From assembly GCA_045648865.1 (NCBI GenBank), contig JAZROU010000073.1:1-43118 (forward strand): a DNA stretch of 43,118 nucleotides. The letters are read 5' to 3'. Source of the stretch: Candidatus Enterousia sp. Lineage in GTDB: Bacteria > Pseudomonadota > Alphaproteobacteria > Rs-D84. The first letter of the stretch is position 1, and every line of letters begins with the position of its first letter. Positions 15,992 to 24,372 of this stretch are shown here, one piece after another. The position numbers and the translations under genes are program-made. Under the pieces are notes generated by a model. It made no database searches. It had not been told where the DNA came from and worked only from the letters and a program-made list of their open reading frames with translations.

Positions 15992-16426
15992 TTATATCTT
16001 TCCTGCAATTAAACAATCGGTCAGTGCACGATACGGATCGTCGTATTTGCGCAATGGTGACAGGGTCAGGTTGTCCAACATATAGCATACGCCAAATGCG
16101 TCAAAGGCAAACCAGAATAAATCATTGCGACCAAATATTGTTTTGCCAATTGTTTGTGAAATCGATGATATGTCTTCGTTTACCTTGGTTATCGATGGAA
16201 TTGGAAAACGTAGTCCCTGGGGGATTTCGTTTGGACCAAAAATACATCCGTTGCCCAGAATAATGCCGCCGGTTCTGGTGTACAATTCGGACATAAATGC
16301 AGGTAACATTGCACGACGACGCTGTTGCAGTGCGGTATTGGTCAGGCCAATTTGGCTGGGCGTAATGGCAGGGGAAAATTGCGCCCCGCGTGATTTTATG
16401 TGTGCCAAAAATTCGTCTGTTGTCAT
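15992..16426 (-). CDS. SUKH/SMI1-KNR4-like protein (putative immunity protein)
   Basis: 144 aa from ATG 16426. The pattern LPAFMSELYTRTGG...IFG...GKTIFGRNDLFWFAFDAFGVCYMLD...YDDPYRALTDCL fits the SUKH-1 layout from memory. The upstream part of the ORF-track entry is R-rich junk. Confidence 0.55.
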   Translation of the reverse strand: MTTDEFLAHIKSRGAQFSPAITPSQIGLTNTALQQRRRAMLPAFMSELYTRTGGIILGNGCIFGPNEIPQGLRFPIPSITKVNEDISSISQTIGKTIFGRNDLFWFAFDAFGVCYMLDNLTLSPLRKYDDPYRALTDCLIAGKI

Positions 16427-16443
16427 TGTGTTGTCCGTCTTGT

Positions 16444-16947
16444 TCAGATGTCGCGATTGCCTGCGATTTGTGCGCCGATTTGCGCCAGGCGATCTTCTGT
16501 CGCATTTCCACCATCGCCACCGCCGGCGGTGTGTGCGGGTAGATATATCTTCTTGGTTGGGTTGGGTAACCATATGCTGGGGGCGCCAGACTGCATTATT
16601 ATAAATCGATCCATGTTATATGAATGCGGATATGTCCAGCACATAAATAAATTGTCTGTTTCCAGACGGCCACCCCACATCAAGGGGACGCGAAAACGGA
16701 TGGATATGTTCTGGGGTAGATCGCGCCCAGTTATTATATTCATAAATTCATCCTGGCCAAGGTTCATAAATGCCAATGTTTCAACAGAATCCGTTAAAGA
16801 TGACATAAATTCATGGCATAATGTCTTATAGCGGGAAAACCAGTCTGATGGTACATGGGATGGGGTGGGGCGAACCTCGGTCAGGGGCAGGTCTGACATC
16901 CCCATATCTGAAATTAATTTTTCTGCGGTGCTCGCGTTTAATTGCAT
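16444..16947 (-). CDS. hypothetical protein with degenerate HNH-like (beta-beta-alpha-Me) core
   Basis: 167 aa. IRFRVPLMWGGRLETDNLFMCWTYPH matches HNH spacing (P-x3-GG-x4-DN-L-x7-H), but Arg-Phe sits where His-His is expected. Its ATG overlaps the upstream stop (TAATG). Confidence 0.5.
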   Translation of the reverse strand: MQLNASTAEKLISDMGMSDLPLTEVRPTPSHVPSDWFSRYKTLCHEFMSSLTDSVETLAFMNLGQDEFMNIITGRDLPQNISIRFRVPLMWGGRLETDNLFMCWTYPHSYNMDRFIIMQSGAPSIWLPNPTKKIYLPAHTAGGGDGGNATEDRLAQIGAQIAGNRDI

Positions 16948-17837
16948 TAAATCTTTCCAATGTAATCTATTACGGTTGATATATAGGCCGAGAATGCATC
17001 AAAGTTTTCGATGTCTTCTGTGCCCAGTGGTGGATTTTTATGTTCATTCATATATTGCCGTAATGCGCCGGGGGTGTCAAATGTTAATATTTGGGGGGCG
17101 CTGGGGGCGGACATGTCAGGGGGAAATACGACAAAGCCGTTGATATTTATTACAATATCGTCCAATGTGTCGGAAAATATTTGGCCGATGGTATCAATCG
17201 CGGTTTGCATGGCAGATGTGGGAACACCAACGGCACCAATCCATAATGTTTCATTTGTGCCAATCGCAAACAGTGATGTTTGCAGATTGCCGATTTTTGG
17301 TGTGGACTTTAACGTATAACCCGTGGATTCAAAAATTTCACGAATTTCAGGCCAGTCAGATGTGCCTGATGTGGCGGATGACTGGGGGGTGGTGGTTGGG
17401 GCACTGTATAATTGTGGTGTGACAGATATGTTTAAGCGCGGCGGACGTGACAGTCCAGGTGTGTCGGTTTGTGGCGCAGGTGTGGGTTCTGGGGTCGGGG
17501 TGGGTGTTTGTGCCGGCGCAGGTGTCGGGGGCTGTGGCGTAGATGTGGGCTTTTTCGGGCGTGAATACAGGTTTCGTATGGGCATTTTAAATTTCTTAAA
17601 ACGTGGGCGTAGTAATATGTGTAGACCAAGCATAACAATTGCTACGGCCATAACCATGGATATGTAAAATGCGGGTGCAACAGGATTTTGCGATGCCTGC
17701 ATGTATGCCAGATGGCGCCAGTGTGCAGATGAAAATAGATTAAAACCAAAACGGATGTCGAACCAAAAACATGCCACAAGGGTTGATGCACATATCCATA
17801 AGGTTGCAAGTAAAAAGTTATTTAATCTGTCTTTCAT
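16947..17837 (-). CDS. membrane protein: 2 TM helices + Pro/Thr-rich linker + unknown C-terminal domain
   Basis: 296 aa. TM segments at residues about 8-26 and 55-76. PT-rich linker at residues 94-159. The roughly 135-aa C-terminal alpha/beta-looking domain is one I cannot place. Confidence 0.6.
   Translation of the reverse strand: MKDRLNNFLLATLWICASTLVACFWFDIRFGFNLFSSAHWRHLAYMQASQNPVAPAFYISMVMAVAIVMLGLHILLRPRFKKFKMPIRNLYSRPKKPTSTPQPPTPAPAQTPTPTPEPTPAPQTDTPGLSRPPRLNISVTPQLYSAPTTTPQSSATSGTSDWPEIREIFESTGYTLKSTPKIGNLQTSLFAIGTNETLWIGAVGVPTSAMQTAIDTIGQIFSDTLDDIVININGFVVFPPDMSAPSAPQILTFDTPGALRQYMNEHKNPPLGTEDIENFDAFSAYISTVIDYIGKI
17361..17558 (-). repeat. coding low-complexity Pro/Thr tract
   Basis: Translation reads PKKPTSTPQPPTPAPAQTPTPTPEPTPAPQTDTP...PTTTPQSSATSGTS. 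It generates the antisense Gly/Val-rich ORF 17323..17667. Confidence 0.7.
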
Positions 17838-17881
17838 AACGTTTTTAATTGTATCATATTTGTGATAAACTAAAAAGCATT

Positions 17882-18550
17882 ATGATTGATAAAAATGCTG
17901 TTTTTGATTTTATTGGTGTAAATGCCGCAGTTTGGTGCGGGGCTGATATGGATGCGACTGATTTAGCGAAAAGTGTACAGTTCGTAAATGAAAAAAAATT
18001 GTCAATGATTTCTGTTGCGCCAAATGTTGTACAGACTGTGTGGCCGTGGCTGGAAGCTGGCAATGTGAAAATTATGTCGCGATTTTATATGGAAAAAATC
18101 AACGAAGGTCAAATTTCGGATGTCACAGTAAGGATAAATTCTGCGCTGCGTCAGGGGGCGCATGGGGCACAAATATTTTTGCCATACAGGGTTTTGGCGG
18201 AATTGGTTGAACAAACACATGTCGTTCGTGATGATTTGTTCTTTAACAAGGATTTGGCAATCGGTATGGATATTGCCGATGTTGGACCGTTCGATTGGGA
18301 TGATGTGTTTGCTAATTTGCGAAAAATTAATGCGTCGTCTGTGATATTTGTTTTAACGAAAGATTCTGGTGATAAATCGGATTTTGTTGGGCGTTTGTAT
18401 GGGATGTTAAATGCCTGGGGAATGGATAATAAATTTAATCTGCATTTTGCATTTGGCCCGAATTTCATGCGTATAGAGCAGGCGCAACGTTTGGTGCAAC
18501 AGGTGCGTCCAATGCTGATGGATGGTTTGCGATTTTGGATTAATTTCTGA
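17882..18550 (+). CDS. hypothetical protein, weak DeoC/aldolase-like TIM-barrel resemblance
   Basis: ATG 17882 is preferred over TTG 17849. KKLSMISVAPNVVQTVWPWLEAGNVKIM and VLTKDSG loosely parallel the DeoC strands and the Schiff-base Lys region. This is pattern-level only. Confidence 0.35.
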   Translation: MIDKNAVFDFIGVNAAVWCGADMDATDLAKSVQFVNEKKLSMISVAPNVVQTVWPWLEAGNVKIMSRFYMEKINEGQISDVTVRINSALRQGAHGAQIFLPYRVLAELVEQTHVVRDDLFFNKDLAIGMDIADVGPFDWDDVFANLRKINASSVIFVLTKDSGDKSDFVGRLYGMLNAWGMDNKFNLHFAFGPNFMRIEQAQRLVQQVRPMLMDGLRFWINF

Positions 18551-19160
18551 GGATTAGGTATTTGGGTGCGGTTGTGCCGGCCTTGTTTTTATGCTGGTAC
18601 CGTGTTTGGATGATGTCCATGTCGGGTATTGATGCAGTCAGGTCTGTTGATTTGATTTGTTCCAGTATCCAGTCAAAATATTCCCAGTGATCTGTGCCGA
18701 TTATGATTTCACCGTCTGGGGACAGATGGTTTGACAGGGTGTCTAGAAAGTCTGCAGACAGCAGGCGACGTTTTTCATGCCGGGCCTTGGGCCAGGGGTC
18801 GGGATGCAGTACCCAAATCTGTTCAAATTTCGAATCGGTGGTTCGCAGAAAATCTCGGACGTCATCCGCCCAAATCCGAATACCGGTGTATTCGTCCATT
18901 ATCCGATTCGAATTTTGGTCGGTTATTGCAGACAGCAGAGATGCCACGCCGTTCATAAATGGTTCGGCGCCAATAATAATTTTCCCCGGATTTGTACGCG
19001 CTAGGTCACGCACGTGTTCGCCTGCGCCAAAGCCAATTTCCAGGATGTTGCCGTGCGTTGGGCGTAATGTCGGTAATATGTTTTCAACCAGCCAATTTTG
19101 GCGGGCGGATAATTTCTTGCCGTGACGGCGACCAAATGTTCTTATTTCTTGTTTTTCCAT
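18540..19160 (-). CDS. trmB: tRNA (guanine-N7)-methyltransferase
   Basis: 206 aa. SAM motif ILEIGFGAGEH and the HPDPWPKARHEKRRL signature. Confidence 0.85.
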   Translation of the reverse strand: MEKQEIRTFGRRHGKKLSARQNWLVENILPTLRPTHGNILEIGFGAGEHVRDLARTNPGKIIIGAEPFMNGVASLLSAITDQNSNRIMDEYTGIRIWADDVRDFLRTTDSKFEQIWVLHPDPWPKARHEKRRLLSADFLDTLSNHLSPDGEIIIGTDHWEYFDWILEQIKSTDLTASIPDMDIIQTRYQHKNKAGTTAPKYLILRN

Positions 19161-19204
19161 AGTTTTAGTATAGAATTGGACGTGTTAAAATACAAGGAAT
19201 ATAT

Positions 19205-19762
19205 GTGATGGTTGAATTTCCAAGACAAATCGATTGTGGAGATTTTGAATTGCGCAAGCCATTTCCCACGTTTCGATTGGCAATAGAATTGTTTGATGCG
19301 GTCGACAGAAATCGGCAATATCTGGAACCTTGGTTGGGGTGGGTCGATTATGTAAAACGCCCAGAAGATGAATTTAGTGTCGTGCAATCTGTGGCGCAAA
19401 AGGATACAGGGAAATATTTTATTGTTGTTAGTCAACGTATTTATGGAATGGTTGGCTTTGTTCAAGAGTATAGGTCAAAGCAAACCGTTGAAATTGGATA
19501 TTGGTTGGATAAAACTGCAAATGGGCGTGGGATTATGACGCGTGCGGTTGAAAAACTGACGGGGTTGGCATTTGATGTATGGGGGGCGAATCGGGTGGAA
19601 ATTCAGGCGGCGGTTGAAAATAAAAAATCATGTGCGATTCCGGAAAGATTGGGATTTAACCAGGATGGTGTTTTGCGTGCACGTGAAATTGTGCGACCAG
19701 GCGTCATCCAGGATGTTGTTATGTATTCAAAATTAAAATCAGAATGGGAAAAGGGAAAGTAA
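19205..19762 (+). CDS. GNAT family N-acetyltransferase (RimJ/RimL-like)
   Basis: 185 aa. EIGYWLDKTANGRGIMTRAV acetyl-CoA region. GTG 19205 or ATG 19208 could be the start. Stops 1 nt before gltX. Confidence 0.75.
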   Translation: MMVEFPRQIDCGDFELRKPFPTFRLAIELFDAVDRNRQYLEPWLGWVDYVKRPEDEFSVVQSVAQKDTGKYFIVVSQRIYGMVGFVQEYRSKQTVEIGYWLDKTANGRGIMTRAVEKLTGLAFDVWGANRVEIQAAVENKKSCAIPERLGFNQDGVLRAREIVRPGVIQDVVMYSKLKSEWEKGK

Positions 19763-19763
19763 T

Positions 19764-21353
19764 ATGAGGAATGGTTTATCAAAAGATTTAATTGCACGTG
19801 TTTTAGGTGGTGCGCCAAAGTATACAATTGAACAACTGGAAGAAAAGTTCCCCGCACGTACATTGCCAGACGGTGCAATGGTGACACGTGTGGCCCCCAG
19901 CCCAACGGGATTTATGCATTTGGGGACACTGTATCAAATGATGATAGCAAAAAAATTGGCCCAGCAGTCAGATGGCGTGTTTATGTTGCGCATTGAAGAT
20001 ACGGACACAAAACGTGAAGTGCAAGGCGCGGTTGATGTTATTTTAAAATGTGCGGACAGTTTTGGATTGCAGCCGGACGAAGGACCAACGTATGGTGGTG
20101 AATATGGGTCTTATTACCAATCAGAACGCAAGGATGTTTATCATAGTGTTGTGGCAGAATTACTGGAACGTGGGTTGGCATATCCGTGCTTTTTATCCGC
20201 CGAAGAAATGGAAGATATTCGTAATAAACAAAAGGCGGCAGGCTGGGCAACGGGTATCTATGGCGAATGGGCGCGCGACAGGGATTTGACCGAAGAAGAA
20301 ATCATTGCGCGTTTGGATAGTGGTATGGTGCCATCGATTCGTCTGTATTCAACGGGAAATAAAGATAACAAGATTTTTTATAATGATAAGGTGCGTGGCC
20401 GTCTGGCGTTTCCAGAAAATGATGAAGATATTGTTTTGATAAAATCAAATGATGGTTTACCAACGTATCACTTTGCGCATTTGTGTGATGATCACTTTAT
20501 GCACACAACACTGGTTCAGCGCGGTGAAGAATGGCTGTCTTCGTTGAATTTGCATCTGCAATTGTTCCGTATGATGGGCTGGCAAAATCCGGAATATGTG
20601 CATGTTGCAACAATTAATAAGTTAGATGAACAAACAGGAAATTCACGAAAGCTGTCTAAACGTACGGACCCAGAAGCAAATACAATGCATTATTTAATCG
20701 AAGGTTGGCCGGTTGAGGCGGTTTTAAACTATCTGTATAACATTGTGGCGTCGGGGTTTGAAGAAGAAAAAAATAAAAAAGCTGATACAACAATTTGGAA
20801 TTATCCATTGCGTATCAAAAAAATTCCAACCAGCAGTGCGCTGTTTAATACAGATAAACTGGAATGGTGGGCGAAGGAGTTTATTGGGGCACTGCCTGTG
20901 CCAGAATTGGTTGCGCGTGTCGCCCAATGGGCAAATGAATATGGTAATGACACACAGAAAATGCAGGTCGCAGATGAAACATATCTGACGGGTGTTTTGG
21001 GGATTGAACGCGATAATCCAAAACGTGTACGCAAGGATTTTATTACATGGTCCCAGACACTGGAAAATGTCGCGTTTTTCTGGGATGAATTGTTTGTTGA
21101 AAATACCGAATATGAATTTAATTCAGGTGCGTTGCGGGCATTCTTGGAAACATATAATCCGGCGGATGACAAAGACACATGGTGGGCAAAAATTGTTGCA
21201 GTTGCGCAATCATTAGGTATTAAAAATGGCGATGTGGCGATGAATTTGCGTGTGGCGTTGTCGGGACGCACAAATACGCCGGACCTGTATTCGATTATGT
21301 CAGTTATGGGCGGGGATAGAGTTATCAAACGAATCGAAGGGGCAATAAAATGA
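19764..21353 (+). CDS. gltX: glutamate--tRNA ligase
   Basis: 529 aa. HIGH-type PSPTGFMHLGT and KMSKS-type KLSKR. Confidence 0.9.
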   Translation: MRNGLSKDLIARVLGGAPKYTIEQLEEKFPARTLPDGAMVTRVAPSPTGFMHLGTLYQMMIAKKLAQQSDGVFMLRIEDTDTKREVQGAVDVILKCADSFGLQPDEGPTYGGEYGSYYQSERKDVYHSVVAELLERGLAYPCFLSAEEMEDIRNKQKAAGWATGIYGEWARDRDLTEEEIIARLDSGMVPSIRLYSTGNKDNKIFYNDKVRGRLAFPENDEDIVLIKSNDGLPTYHFAHLCDDHFMHTTLVQRGEEWLSSLNLHLQLFRMMGWQNPEYVHVATINKLDEQTGNSRKLSKRTDPEANTMHYLIEGWPVEAVLNYLYNIVASGFEEEKNKKADTTIWNYPLRIKKIPTSSALFNTDKLEWWAKEFIGALPVPELVARVAQWANEYGNDTQKMQVADETYLTGVLGIERDNPKRVRKDFITWSQTLENVAFFWDELFVENTEYEFNSGALRAFLETYNPADDKDTWWAKIVAVAQSLGIKNGDVAMNLRVALSGRTNTPDLYSIMSVMGGDRVIKRIEGAIK

Positions 21354-22087
21354 CAAAAGAAAAACGGGCGCGCATTCGTGCGGTTAAAAAAGACGAACAT
21401 GCATCAAAATTGTTAAAACTGTTGCGGGCAACGGGTCTGTTTCGTTGGGAAAAGCCCAGCACGCACGCCGAGGAAGTTGTAAATATTTTAACCCATGGAA
21501 TCGGTATTGGGTTGGCAATCGCGGCATTGACATTGCTGGTTGTGTTTGCAGGGATTAAGGGCGACGCGTGGGCGATTGTGTCGTGTGCTATTTTCGGTGT
21601 GACGATGATAACGCTGTATTTCGGGTCAACAATGTGTCATGCAACAATTGGCAAAAAGCATGAATGTTTTTTTGAGGTATGGGACAGCGTTGCAATTTAT
21701 GCATTGATTGCAGGAACCTATACGCCATTTTTGTTGGTGAATCTGCGTGGGATTGTCGGGTGGACAGTGTTCGGAATATTGTGGGCGATTGTGTTGTTCG
21801 GGTCGTATATGAAGATTAAAAATCCACGGCAACAGCCAAAGTGGATGGTTGGATTATATGTTGCGATGGGGTGGACGCTGTTGTTCATTTTACCAGCAAT
21901 GATTCGCAGCATCCCAGAACGTGGTTTGTGGTTTATTTTGGCGGGTGGATTGTCGTATACAATTGGTGTGATATTTTATCTGTGGCGACGGATGAAGTTT
22001 TCGCACGCGGTATGGCACCTGTTTGTGATTGGGGGAACGGTGTGTTTCTTTTTCGCAGTGCTGTTTGGGTGTATAATGGATTTATAA
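21350..22087 (+). CDS. hemolysin III / PAQR family membrane protein
   Basis: 245 aa, 7 predicted TM helices, His-containing motifs (NILTHGIG, FSHAVWHLFV). ATGA overlap with the gltX stop. Confidence 0.85.
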   Translation: MTKEKRARIRAVKKDEHASKLLKLLRATGLFRWEKPSTHAEEVVNILTHGIGIGLAIAALTLLVVFAGIKGDAWAIVSCAIFGVTMITLYFGSTMCHATIGKKHECFFEVWDSVAIYALIAGTYTPFLLVNLRGIVGWTVFGILWAIVLFGSYMKIKNPRQQPKWMVGLYVAMGWTLLFILPAMIRSIPERGLWFILAGGLSYTIGVIFYLWRRMKFSHAVWHLFVIGGTVCFFFAVLFGCIMDL

Positions 22088-22104
22088 ACGGTGCGATAAT
22101 AAGT

Positions 22105-22138
22105 AAAAAAATTCCCGCCAAACGGCGGGATTTTTTTT
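22105..22138. terminator. bidirectional intrinsic terminator
   Basis: A-run, stem TCCCGCC/GGCGGGA (22113-22119/22124-22130), T8 run. Lies between the convergent hlyIII-like and dksA genes. Confidence 0.8.
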
Positions 22139-22571
22139 AAGCTTTGCGGGCTTCGTATTCTTCTTGCTCCTCTACTGTCATGGTGGCAAGGGGGCGCGCC
22201 ATTAAACGCTGAATCCCAATTTCGTCGCCGGATACAACGCTGAAACCGTATGTGCCGTTTGCAATGCGGTCCAGGGCGGCGTGTATCTTTTGTAATAATT
22301 TGTTGTTTCGGTCAGATATGCGCAAATCCATTGTTATATCTTGGTTATATGTTGCGTTATCCGATTCGTCGCCAACACCAACTGATTCTGTTTTGTCGGC
22401 CAGACGAATTGCGTTTAATACAGAATTGCTGTTGCTTTGCAGTTCTTCGCGTTGGGTGTTAAGTATGCGATAAAAGTATGCCAATTGCATCGGGCACATG
22501 TATGGTTCCGATTTTTTTGGTTTATAATTTGCGGGCAATTCAATTGTTGTGTAATCGTTTGATTTTGCCAT
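22137..22571 (-). CDS. dksA: DksA-family RNA polymerase-binding regulator (Cys-less variant)
   Basis: 144 aa. Coiled-coil tip DESDNA (DxxDxA). C-terminal GFSVVSGDEIGIQRLMARPLATMTVEEQE aligns with the E. coli CxxC...CxxC region, but all four Cys are replaced. Confidence 0.8.
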   Translation of the reverse strand: MAKSNDYTTIELPANYKPKKSEPYMCPMQLAYFYRILNTQREELQSNSNSVLNAIRLADKTESVGVGDESDNATYNQDITMDLRISDRNNKLLQKIHAALDRIANGTYGFSVVSGDEIGIQRLMARPLATMTVEEQEEYEARKA

Positions 22572-22575
22572 TTTT

Positions 22576-22893
22576 TTAGCCTTTTAATTCTTGTATCCAT
22601 GATAGTAGTGTTTCTTCGTCCATTAGACCGGTGCGGGCCTCGACTAATTCGCCATTTTTAAATGCCAGTACAGATGGAATACTGCGAATACCATATTTTG
22701 CGGGGGTGCGTCGATTTGATTCGTCAATTTCAAATTTTACAAATTTTGCGTCAGATGTCTGGTCCGAGACAGATTCAAAAATTGGGCCAAACATACGACA
22801 TGGACCGCACCATGATGCCCAAAAATCAACCAATGTAATGCCAGCACCAATAAGTGTGTCAATTGTTGCGTCTGTTGCATGTGTAATAGCCAT
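22576..22893 (-). CDS. trxA: thioredoxin
   Basis: 105 aa from ATG 22893 (RBS AGGAG). WCGPC active site. Confidence 0.9.
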   Translation of the reverse strand: MAITHATDATIDTLIGAGITLVDFWASWCGPCRMFGPIFESVSDQTSDAKFVKFEIDESNRRTPAKYGIRSIPSVLAFKNGELVEARTGLMDEETLLSWIQELKG

Positions 22894-22912
22894 ATCTTTC
22901 TCCTTTCTGTTA

Positions 22913-22940
22913 TTGATATTCGGCAAAAGTGTATTATAAT
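22913..22940 (+). promoter_or_regulatory. candidate promoter TTGATA-16-TATAAT for the suf genes
   Basis: -35 at 22913-22918 and -10 at 22935-22940, in the trxA/sufS divergent gap. Confidence 0.5.
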
Positions 22941-22967
22941 CCACCCAAAATGCAAGAGAAATCATAA

Positions 22968-24056
22968 ATGAATAAAATCATATACTTAGATGCCGCGGCA
23001 AGCTATCAAAAGACGGATGCTGTAATTGATAGACAGGTGGATTTTTTGCGTAATGAATATGCAAATGCAGGACGTGGAATTTGTGCACGGGCGGCCTGTG
23101 TTGATGATATGTTGGCAGATGCGCGTCAGTGTGTTGCAGATTTTATGAATGCAGATGCAGGACAGATTGTTTTTACATCGGGTACAACTGGTTCGATGAA
23201 TATGATTGCCCGGATGTTGAATTTAAACCCTGAGATGGTGGTGGCTGTGTCTGATTTGGACCATCACAGTGCGCGATTGCCGTTTGAACAATCGGGCGCA
23301 CAGGTGGTTGTTATGCCACTGGATTCGGATTTTAATATTGATTTAAATGGCGTGCCATGTGTTGATGTGTTGGTGTTGACAGCCATGTCGAATGTTTTGG
23401 GTGTTGTTCAAAAAATCCCGGAAATAGTGCGTATAGCGCGAAATAAAAATCCAAATGTAGTTGTTGTTGTTGATGCAGCGCAGTGTGTCGTGCATGATGA
23501 AATTGATGTGATTGAATGGGGGGCTGATTTTGTGGCGTGGTCTGCGCATAAAATTGGGGCAGATACCGGGTTGGGGATTATGTATGTAAAGAATCCAGAT
23601 ATATATTTGCCGGTTAATTTTGGTGGTGGGATGATCAGAAAAATTGTGGGAGATGAATTGCTCTTGGCGCACGGGGCGGAAAAGTTCGAGGCGGGTACGT
23701 TGCCATTGACACAGATAGCAGGCTTGGCGGTGGCAATCAGACAGCTGAAAAAAAATCGCCCAAATTTGGATTTGATAAAATTTATGTATGACGAGCTGAT
23801 TCAATTACATCGTGTTAAAATTTTAACGTCACGTGATGCGGCGATGTTGTCTTTTGTGATTGATGGCATGCATGTGTTGGATTTTGGTGCGATGATGGGG
23901 GCGCATAATGTTTGTGTGCGCGTTGGTAATATGTGTGCGTCATGGGTTCATAATTTGTTAGGGGTGCCGGGGTCTGTTCGGGTGTCTGTGGGGGGATATA
24001 ATACGATGGATGATGTGCGGTGTGCCGTGCAGGTGATAAAAGATATTATAAAATGA
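22968..24056 (+). CDS. sufS: cysteine desulfurase (class V aminotransferase, compact SufS/CsdA-like)
   Basis: 362 aa. PLP-Lys context SAHKIG, DLDHHSA, and a candidate catalytic Cys in VRVGNMCASW. Confidence 0.8.
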   Translation: MNKIIYLDAAASYQKTDAVIDRQVDFLRNEYANAGRGICARAACVDDMLADARQCVADFMNADAGQIVFTSGTTGSMNMIARMLNLNPEMVVAVSDLDHHSARLPFEQSGAQVVVMPLDSDFNIDLNGVPCVDVLVLTAMSNVLGVVQKIPEIVRIARNKNPNVVVVVDAAQCVVHDEIDVIEWGADFVAWSAHKIGADTGLGIMYVKNPDIYLPVNFGGGMIRKIVGDELLLAHGAEKFEAGTLPLTQIAGLAVAIRQLKKNRPNLDLIKFMYDELIQLHRVKILTSRDAAMLSFVIDGMHVLDFGAMMGAHNVCVRVGNMCASWVHNLLGVPGSVRVSVGGYNTMDDVRCAVQVIKDIIK

Positions 24057-24367
24057 TGTTTACAAAAGATAATATTATTGCAGCGTTAAAGACAATATAT
24101 GACCCAGAAATACCTGTGAATATTTGGGATATGGGGCTGATTTATGATATTGATATTCAGGAAAGCGGGGTCATAATAAAAATGACGTTTACCAGTCCAA
24201 CATGTCCGATGATGGAAGAATTGTTGGAACAGGTTCGGTCAACGGTTCAGGTTGTGGCAGGTGATGTGCCGGTGCGCGTAGATTTGGTTTGGGACCCGCC
24301 ATGGGATTTGTCGCGTATGTCAGATGTGGCGCGTTTGGAATTAGATTTGACAAATGAAGGCTGGTAG
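24053..24367 (+). CDS. sufT: SufT/DUF59 family Fe-S assembly protein
   Basis: DPEIPVNIWDMGLIY and TSPTCP motifs. ATGA overlap with the sufS stop. Confidence 0.7.
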   Translation: MMFTKDNIIAALKTIYDPEIPVNIWDMGLIYDIDIQESGVIIKMTFTSPTCPMMEELLEQVRSTVQVVAGDVPVRVDLVWDPPWDLSRMSDVARLELDLTNEGW

Positions 24368-24372
24368 AAAAT

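Noticed and set aside
16125-16831. Plus-strand ORFs 16125..16604 and 16400..16831 opposite the candidate conflict operon
   Set aside because: Their translations are Arg/Cys-rich and unstructured-looking. The minus-strand ORFs show domain-like patterns (SUKH-like, HNH-like) and translational coupling, so I treat the plus-strand ORFs as shadows.
17323-17667. 114-aa Gly/Val-rich plus-strand ORF
   Set aside because: It is the antisense image of the Pro/Thr linker in the membrane protein 16947..17837.
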